DNA of 64,000 nucleotides from a virus. The first letter of the stretch is position 1; every line of letters starts with the position of its first letter. The notes under the pieces were generated by a model. It was not told the origin of the DNA and made no database searches. It saw only the letters and a list, made by a program, of their open reading frames with translations. The position numbers were made by a program, and so were the translations under genes. The stretch lies in the IMG/VR virus record IMGVR_UViG_3300045988_165047. One strand, written 5' to 3'. This document shows, piece after piece, positions 59,017 to 64,000 of this stretch.

Positions 59017-59461
59017 TTTTCTCTACGAATTTTGCTAATCTCTCTTCTAGACGGGCGAAGTAACCCTTCCTGAGTTTCTCCATACGTGTTGGTTTAGGAG
59101 GACTCTTAGGTTGTATGGGAGCAGACCTAGAGCCGTACATAGAACTCCTTGGAGCAGGTCGGTACTCCTCCTTGGGTTTCATTTGTTTGGCTTTCTGTTG
59201 TCGTTGCCACTCCATAGCCTCCTCACGTGACCGAAGGACAACTCCGTCCCCTACATCAATAGGAGTCCAATCGGGTAACTTAGGTTGTAGGTCTTGTGGA
59301 GCTTCTTTCTGCATCATAGCTTGTTTCAGCTCCTCGCCCGCCGCTTTACTACCTGGCTTAGGTTTGTTTTTGGCGAGTTTATCTCCCTTTCGGTGGTACT
59401 CCTTAACCTTGATAATTTTCCCTTTGCGACTTCTACGTGAGTACCCTTTTACTCTGGTCAT
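58988..59461 (-). CDS. very basic Lys/Arg/Pro-rich protein
   Basis: 157 aa, for example 'RVKGYSRRSRKGKIIKVKEYHRKGDKLAKNKPKPGSK' and 'KSPPKPTRMEKLRKGYF'. Confidence 0.55.
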   Translation of the reverse strand: MTRVKGYSRRSRKGKIIKVKEYHRKGDKLAKNKPKPGSKAAGEELKQAMMQKEAPQDLQPKLPDWTPIDVGDGVVLRSREEAMEWQRQQKAKQMKPKEEYRPAPRSSMYGSRSAPIQPKSPPKPTRMEKLRKGYFARLEERLAKFVEKNGGTYKKQF

Positions 59462-59462
59462 A

Positions 59463-59924
59463 CTACTTCTTTAGTTTGTGTTGTTTGAGGAAGGTTCTAA
59501 CTCGCTTCTCGGCTACGGGGCGGAACTCTTCAAAAGTTTTACGCCACACGGGGCGAGCAGGAATACCTTTATCCTTTACACCATACTCGTGTACAATAGC
59601 GAGCTGTTTGTTAGTAAGGTCGCTGTCGCTTCGTTGAGTCTCTTCAACAGACACCTCCGTACCTTCTTGGTAGATTGCATCAATAAGTTCTCCTGTGTCT
59701 ATAAGAGGTATGTCGTGTCCTTTCTTCTGAATGGTGGTATCGGATAGGGTGAACCCATACTTATTTTCCCGTATGTTGCTCTCAATTTTGTCTCTGAACT
59801 CCTCGGCTATTTCTTCACCAAGGGCGGTCAGGTCTTTTTTGAGGTCAGCTACATTAACACGTTTAACTCCTCTAGGGACTCTTAGAAGCGACCTAGGGAG
59901 TTTCGGTAGGTTCTTAAACCTCAT
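59463..59924 (-). CDS. head-tail adaptor-like protein (HK97 gp10 / Mu G-like)
   Basis: 'LAIVHEYGVKDKGIPARPVWRKTFEE' resembles the gp10-family block 'ya..vEfG.....paRPf...a'. Confidence 0.45.
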   Translation of the reverse strand: MRFKNLPKLPRSLLRVPRGVKRVNVADLKKDLTALGEEIAEEFRDKIESNIRENKYGFTLSDTTIQKKGHDIPLIDTGELIDAIYQEGTEVSVEETQRSDSDLTNKQLAIVHEYGVKDKGIPARPVWRKTFEEFRPVAEKRVRTFLKQHKLKK

Positions 59925-60066
59925 TGCTTTGGAAATAAGAGCAAACTTCTGCGTACCAACTTCGGGTACTCTTAGATGGGAACTCTCCTACTTGTTCATA
60001 AGCAGAACGAACCTCATCCTTCTCACGGAACCCTTTCTCGGGCTTATATCGTTTAATCACACTCAT
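59914..60066 (-). CDS. 50-aa hypothetical protein (below the track cutoff)
   Basis: Hand translation: MSVIKRYKPEKGFREKDEVRSAYEQVGEFPSKSTRSWYAEVCSYFQSNEV*. It fills the gap between 60068 and 59924. Confidence 0.35.
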   Translation of the reverse strand: MSVIKRYKPEKGFREKDEVRSAYEQVGEFPSKSTRSWYAEVCSYFQSNEV

Positions 60067-60067
60067 A

Positions 60068-60508
60068 CTAACCTCCTCTTACATCATCCTTGACAAAGAT
60101 TTGAATACCTACGCAACTACCATACATTTCTTCAAGGTAGATAATCTTATCAATTACTTGTGTGCTCCCATTAAAATGGACCTTGGTCTTGTTCCAATCT
60201 AGTTGGTAACTCCCTAATTTTGGTTCAAGCTGTTTCGGAGATAGGTAGATGATGCCGTTTACTTCTTTACTAAGTCCGTACTTGTCTCGCATTCTGTTTG
60301 AGATTTCCTTCTCATATAAGGCAGGGAACTCAAACATTTGAGAGGTTCTGGAGCTATCACCAACAAACTCCTCAAGGGAAAACTCGTCTTCGGGGTGTTC
60401 TACTTTATGCACAGATACTACTTCCAGCGTAACCTTATAAGGTGTGGCCAGTAGCTTCTTATAGAATATGTTCTGATACCTAAGAAAAGCCGCTTTAGTA
60501 ACTAGCAT
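60068..60508 (-). CDS. hypothetical head/neck protein
   Basis: 146-aa ORF in the head-tail joining region. Confidence 0.55.
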   Translation of the reverse strand: MLVTKAAFLRYQNIFYKKLLATPYKVTLEVVSVHKVEHPEDEFSLEEFVGDSSRTSQMFEFPALYEKEISNRMRDKYGLSKEVNGIIYLSPKQLEPKLGSYQLDWNKTKVHFNGSTQVIDKIIYLEEMYGSCVGIQIFVKDDVRGG

Positions 60509-60529
60509 ATTACTTCTTTCGTTTTACTA

Positions 60530-61477
60530 TTAGGGAACTTTGGACAAAATACCTCTTGCTAATGGGGACAACGTAAATGGATAGCTATCAAAGTAGCTTC
60601 TAAAGTCTAGAGCACGCTCCAGCTCAATAGTTCCTTGCATAATGTTGTCCTTTCTCAGTGAGAAGTCACCGAACTCACTTTCAAGAAGTCCACGCAGGTA
60701 AAGCATCAGCTTATACCAAAAACTATATCTGTCACCCCAAACGTTATCAGAGCCTATTCTATTGAAGTCCTCATAGAAGTAACCTCCCGTGGGGTCTTCA
60801 GTAATAGAGAACACCGAGCCTATCTGAACAGAGGTATGGGTACTTGCCCCAATACTTGCTTCGGAGGACCCTGCGTAGTCTGAGCCGTCTGTGAATGATT
60901 GCCCAATAGAGGATGCCGCATTTTCATACAGCCTCCGTTTATCAACTAGGTGGTAAGCCACCCAAATGGCAAGGTGTTGTTCAGAAGGTCTCTTGAGTTG
61001 TGAGATTACCTCGTCAGTAATTTCTCCACGAATCCCGAGAACCCTTTCGTAGTAGCGAACTACTACGTGCATAATCTCCTCATCAGAGAAGAAATACTTT
61101 CTAAACGCCGTAAAGTCTTCGTCAAGCTCCTTAGTAACCTTGATTAGGGTAGTGCCCTTTTCGGCTCCTCTGAAATAGGGGGTATAAGCAACTACAATAC
61201 CTTCTTCAATAAGTCGTTCCATCACCTCTTCAAGCGTGCGCTCTTGGAGGTCTATTTCAATGATGTTGTTCTGTTCTTCTCCTTGCTTCTCCCATAACGT
61301 CAGATAAGAACCTCGCTTTACCAAGGTGGTTTCCGTTTCGTCTATGAGCTTGGGTTGGATAGACACACCAAATCCTGCCTTCGCCTTTATGGCAAAAGCA
61401 GGAATAATGAAGCGGTCGAAAGTAAGCTCCCGAACCGCTGTCATTATTTCCTTCAAAGTTACTTTAGATTGAGACAC
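60530..61477 (-). CDS. hypothetical head-module protein
   Basis: 315-aa ORF downstream of the capsid gene. No motif recognised. Confidence 0.6.
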   Translation of the reverse strand: MSQSKVTLKEIMTAVRELTFDRFIIPAFAIKAKAGFGVSIQPKLIDETETTLVKRGSYLTLWEKQGEEQNNIIEIDLQERTLEEVMERLIEEGIVVAYTPYFRGAEKGTTLIKVTKELDEDFTAFRKYFFSDEEIMHVVVRYYERVLGIRGEITDEVISQLKRPSEQHLAIWVAYHLVDKRRLYENAASSIGQSFTDGSDYAGSSEASIGASTHTSVQIGSVFSITEDPTGGYFYEDFNRIGSDNVWGDRYSFWYKLMLYLRGLLESEFGDFSLRKDNIMQGTIELERALDFRSYFDSYPFTLSPLARGILSKVP

Positions 61478-61485
61478 TCTCTACG

Positions 61486-61785
61486 TTAGTTACGATATGC
61501 CTTTCGGCCCGTTGTTAGGATTGCCGCAACATCCGAGGGAACAGCCATCTGTTTCTTATCTCGGATTACGTAATGTACGCCTCCGACCCAGCAGTCAATA
61601 TCACAGAGCGCTGTAATAGTGACCTTCTTAATGGTCGTGGTAATAGCTACCTCTGCGACTTCTTCGGCGTTTCCACCGACAGGAGCTACTTCGGGAGCTT
61701 CCTCATTGGGCTGGTTAGGAGTTTCGTTAAACTCCTGTTCGTTCAGTTCTTCTTCGGGGGATGCCCCCTTCTTAGTTTTTGCCAT
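61486..61785 (-). CDS. hypothetical head-module protein (decoration-sized)
   Basis: 99 aa with an acidic, low-complexity N-terminus. It lies directly after the capsid gene. Confidence 0.55.
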   Translation of the reverse strand: MAKTKKGASPEEELNEQEFNETPNQPNEEAPEVAPVGGNAEEVAEVAITTTIKKVTITALCDIDCWVGGVHYVIRDKKQMAVPSDVAAILTTGRKAYRN

Positions 61786-61810
61786 TATGTACTACGTTAG
61801 AGGTTAGAGA

Positions 61811-62803
61811 TTAGGCAGTAAGTGCCTTGACTATATTCTTCTCTTCAATGATACCCGTACCCCAGATACCATACCAACCGAGAGTGTGCTTACGGCCCAT
61901 TTCTACTACGCCGTCATCACGAAGCTCAACATCAAGAGCTACTGCCCAACCATAGGCATTCTCACCGAAGAATACGGCTTCATAACCCGTAGAAATAGAG
62001 TTCGTAGAGTACTTAGCCTGAAGTTCAGCCGCTGAAAGAACGGGCATCTGCGTGGTCTCAATGAAGATACAGCCTTCATACATACCAACTTCACCAATGT
62101 AAAGCTGTCTGCGACCCATATAAGTGTTGGCGTTAATCCAATCCTTATCATCACGAAGCGTTCTAAGCTGGTGAGGGTGGGCGAAGCACACGTAATAATC
62201 CCCATCAATTCTAGGAGCGTTGTTCGTAGCCAGAGTTTCAATAGCGTCCTTAACTGTCTTAGTCGTAAATACAGAGGTAGCACTAAGTGCCGTAGCACTC
62301 GTAGCCGTACCGCCATAAATAACATTCGTCGTGCCGAGGACCGTGTCTCTGAACTGCGTATCCAGAACTACTGCCATATTATTGGCAAGGAGCTTGGAAG
62401 CGTCTCCAAGAACATCGTGAAGCGAGGTGCGCAGGAGGAACTCCGTTACCTGAATAGCGTTAGCCTGCTCCGAAACGGGAATAACAACCTCAGAGGTCGT
62501 CATACCTTCTGGAGTAAGGACATCCGATTCAGAGAGTGCGCCACCGCCTTGAAGATTACCATACTTGGTGAACACGATACTTTTACCCTTTACAGCCTGA
62601 AGGTCACGTTTTACCTTAGCAAACTGCAAGAAGCGAAGTCTTGGCTGTGCTTGGAAGAGGACATCCTTAGAGTAGAAGTCTCTTACCGCCTGTGGAATAG
62701 TGGAGTAGCCACCGCCATTAGCGGAGGCAGACGTGGTCTCCCCGAAGAAGAGACCCGAAAGTGGGAGCATAAGTCCCACGAGCATCATAATAATAGTAAG
62801 CAT
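61811..62803 (-). CDS. major capsid protein (HK97-fold type, by synteny and general pattern)
   Basis: 330 aa, immediately after a coiled-coil scaffold-like ORF. No unique signature was verified by eye. Confidence 0.65.
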   Translation of the reverse strand: MLTIIMMLVGLMLPLSGLFFGETTSASANGGGYSTIPQAVRDFYSKDVLFQAQPRLRFLQFAKVKRDLQAVKGKSIVFTKYGNLQGGGALSESDVLTPEGMTTSEVVIPVSEQANAIQVTEFLLRTSLHDVLGDASKLLANNMAVVLDTQFRDTVLGTTNVIYGGTATSATALSATSVFTTKTVKDAIETLATNNAPRIDGDYYVCFAHPHQLRTLRDDKDWINANTYMGRRQLYIGEVGMYEGCIFIETTQMPVLSAAELQAKYSTNSISTGYEAVFFGENAYGWAVALDVELRDDGVVEMGRKHTLGWYGIWGTGIIEEKNIVKALTA

Positions 62804-62813
62804 CTGTTTTTAT

Positions 62814-63536
62814 TTAGCTGAGTTGTTGTACTTGTCGGATAAGCTCCTCACGTCTCTTAGCGAACTCTTCGTGAGACATCTTACCGATTTCGGTAGTGAC
62901 ATCCGTAGGAGCTGGACTAGGATAACCGCCCATAGTGGGCATCTGAGGGGCTTTAGGTTGTGCAGGTGCAGGAGCGTTCGTAGGAGCGTTCTGCTGTTTT
63001 GCCTGCTGTTCAAGTAGCGGGTCCGTAACGTGGACACCCTGCTGACCGATAGTGCTGGGGGTTGGATAAGCCGAGCGAAGTCGGATAGACTCCTTGAGGC
63101 TAGCGTCCAATTCCTCCTTAGTAGAGCCTTTCACAAGGTCGGGAATGCAGGTAGCAGAGTTCTCAGCAATGAGCTTTTCTCTGTATGCATTAAGTTCTGC
63201 TTCGGCACTCTTCTTAGACTCTTCAAGAAGCGGCTGGACAACCTTTTGGACAGACGAAGCAACCACACTTTCCATGTCGGCCTTCGTCACGAATGCTTCT
63301 TTGAGTTCTTCAATGATTGATTTAGCAGAGATACTTTCCTCCTTGGGAAGTTCTACCTTACTAAGCTCAGCGATGCCTGCTTTAAGGCGGTCAATAGTAG
63401 AGTGAACCTTGTTCTTCTCAACTTTAGCGACTGCCTGCATAAAAGCGACAAGCTCGGGAGTGTCCTTTACTGAGTAAGTGACCCCATTGAGCGTCAAACT
63501 TTCTGGCAACTTTACTTCCTTGATTTCTTCTTCCAT
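62814..63536 (-). CDS. scaffolding-like protein
   Basis: 240 aa, Glu/Lys/Ala-rich and helical ('LKAGIAELSKVELPKEE', 'AEAELNAYREKLIAE'). It lies directly upstream of the capsid gene. Confidence 0.6.
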   Translation of the reverse strand: MEEEIKEVKLPESLTLNGVTYSVKDTPELVAFMQAVAKVEKNKVHSTIDRLKAGIAELSKVELPKEESISAKSIIEELKEAFVTKADMESVVASSVQKVVQPLLEESKKSAEAELNAYREKLIAENSATCIPDLVKGSTKEELDASLKESIRLRSAYPTPSTIGQQGVHVTDPLLEQQAKQQNAPTNAPAPAQPKAPQMPTMGGYPSPAPTDVTTEIGKMSHEEFAKRREELIRQVQQLS

Positions 63537-63571
63537 TGTTCTACGATAAAATTTGAGTTCTTAGGTTGTGA

Positions 63572-63748
63572 CTACTTGATGAGAGACTTCTTGAGGTCCT
63601 CAGAAGCACCCTTAATGGTAGAGCGAGTCATCTGGTCTTCTCTAACAAGGGGAGCTTCTGGCGTACCTGGGTTTACGAAACCCTCACCAACTTTCTGCGT
63701 CTTGTCTTGCCCTACATCGTGAAGGGCTTCTGGATTGTTTCTGTCCAT
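63572..63748 (-). CDS. 58-aa hypothetical protein (below the track cutoff)
   Basis: Hand translation: MDRNNPEALHDVGQDKTQKVGEGFVNPGTPEAPLVREDQMTRSTIKGASEDLKKSLIK*. It is preceded by a TACTTTTG box. Confidence 0.4.
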   Translation of the reverse strand: MDRNNPEALHDVGQDKTQKVGEGFVNPGTPEAPLVREDQMTRSTIKGASEDLKKSLIK

Positions 63749-63816
63749 CGTGTTAATAATTAAAGATTACTGATTTGTCCACTTATGTGTCTATGCTCTA
63801 TTGAGCATCTGTTACA

Positions 63817-63824
63817 CAAAAGTA
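63817..63824 (-). promoter_or_regulatory. Bacteroidota-type -7 promoter box TACTTTTG
   Basis: The minus strand reads TACTTTTG (TAnnTTTG), 69 nt upstream of the ATG at 63748. It is positioned to drive the small ORF, scaffold and capsid genes. Confidence 0.45.
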
Positions 63825-63827
63825 AAA

Positions 63828-64000
63828 CTAATTTTCTACATCCGTGATATTGTCGTCTTCGGTGGCTTCGTCATCAAGCTCATCTTCGTCCAACTCTGAA
63901 CCATCTTCCTCGGGTGGCATAGCCTCTGGGTTTTGAGGATTTCCACCCATCATCAGCTGTTGCATAAACGAGCCGTTAAGAGCGTCCTGCATCTTTTCGT
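63828..64000 (-). CDS. C-terminal fragment of a head-module protein with an acidic tail (gene starts beyond the right edge)
   Basis: A stop-free frame runs from the window edge: ...EKMQDALNGSFMQQLMMGGNPQNPEAMPPEEDGSELDEDELDDEATEDDNITDVEN*, with the TAG at 63828-63830. Identity (portal, protease or other) cannot be determined. Confidence 0.4.
   Translation of the reverse strand, partial: EKMQDALNGSFMQQLMMGGNPQNPEAMPPEEDGSELDEDELDDEATEDDNITDVEN

Noticed and set aside
62171-62821. 216-aa plus-strand ORF inside the capsid gene.
   Set aside because: It is antisense to the major-capsid-like ORF, Arg/Ser-rich, and would break the otherwise perfect single-strand organisation.
1-64000. I looked for integrase/recombinase genes, transposases, att-like or long direct repeats, CRISPR arrays, rRNA, and signs of stop-codon reassignment.
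   Set aside because: No Tyr/Ser-recombinase or DDE motifs turned up in any ORF, and there are no regularly spaced direct repeats. All large conserved genes (polymerase, helicases, sheath, tape measure, the giant ORF) are uninterrupted under the standard code.

Overview
This window is a 64-kb stretch of a tailed dsDNA phage genome with contractile-tail (myovirus-type) morphogenesis genes. Every credible gene lies on the minus strand, so transcription runs from high to low coordinates. The plus-strand ORFs in the track look like antisense shadows. Gene order from right to left: (1) Head genes, 64000-57481: a partial ORF with an acidic tail, a small ORF, a scaffold-like ORF, a major-capsid-like ORF and connector-sized ORFs. 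(2) A lysis cassette, 57484-55825: a holin-like ORF, an Amidase_3 endolysin and two mutually overlapping membrane/coiled-coil ORFs. (3) Contractile tail and baseplate, 55805-43086: sheath, tube, a chaperone pair with a canonical -1 slippery heptamer, tape measure, LysM protein, hub, spike, wedge proteins and a fibre-like protein. (4) A 300-bp non-coding boundary with a (CG/CA)n-(TA)n tract, palindromes and promoter boxes. (5) A replication/recombination module, 42783-25029: SF2 helicase, acidic HeH/Tudor-like protein, HU, HTH protein, DnaC-like loader, DnaB-like helicase, DnaG-like primase, gp32-like SSB, family A DNA polymerase, RecA-like protein, two Hjc-like nucleases and an AAA+/VWA pair. 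(6) A tRNA island: tRNA-Arg(UCU), tRNA-Lys(UUU) and one truncated tRNA-like element. (7) Nuclease and nucleotide-metabolism genes: Cas4-like exonuclease, DUF3310, a divergent ThyX-like protein and a MazG-like protein. (8) A SpoVS-like protein and a 40-aa Lys/Ala-rich peptide, each a separate, strongly signalled mini-cistron. (9) A 7-deazaguanine DNA-modification island (QueC-like, DpdA-like, a Cys-rich unknown, another unknown, QueE), with FolE about 11 kb away and no recognisable QueD or QueF. (10) A protein of about 2,530 aa with a fibre-like N-terminus and LamG-like, CotH-like and LRR blocks. (11) An ATP-dependent DNA ligase. (12) A tandem family of small paralogues. Repeated TTTG-N20-TAnnTTTG-type promoter boxes, and the lack of Shine-Dalgarno sequences upstream of the starts I inspected, point to a Bacteroidota host (inference). 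I saw no integrase, transposase, CRISPR array or rRNA. All functional calls rest on motifs read by eye and on synteny; no database search was run.
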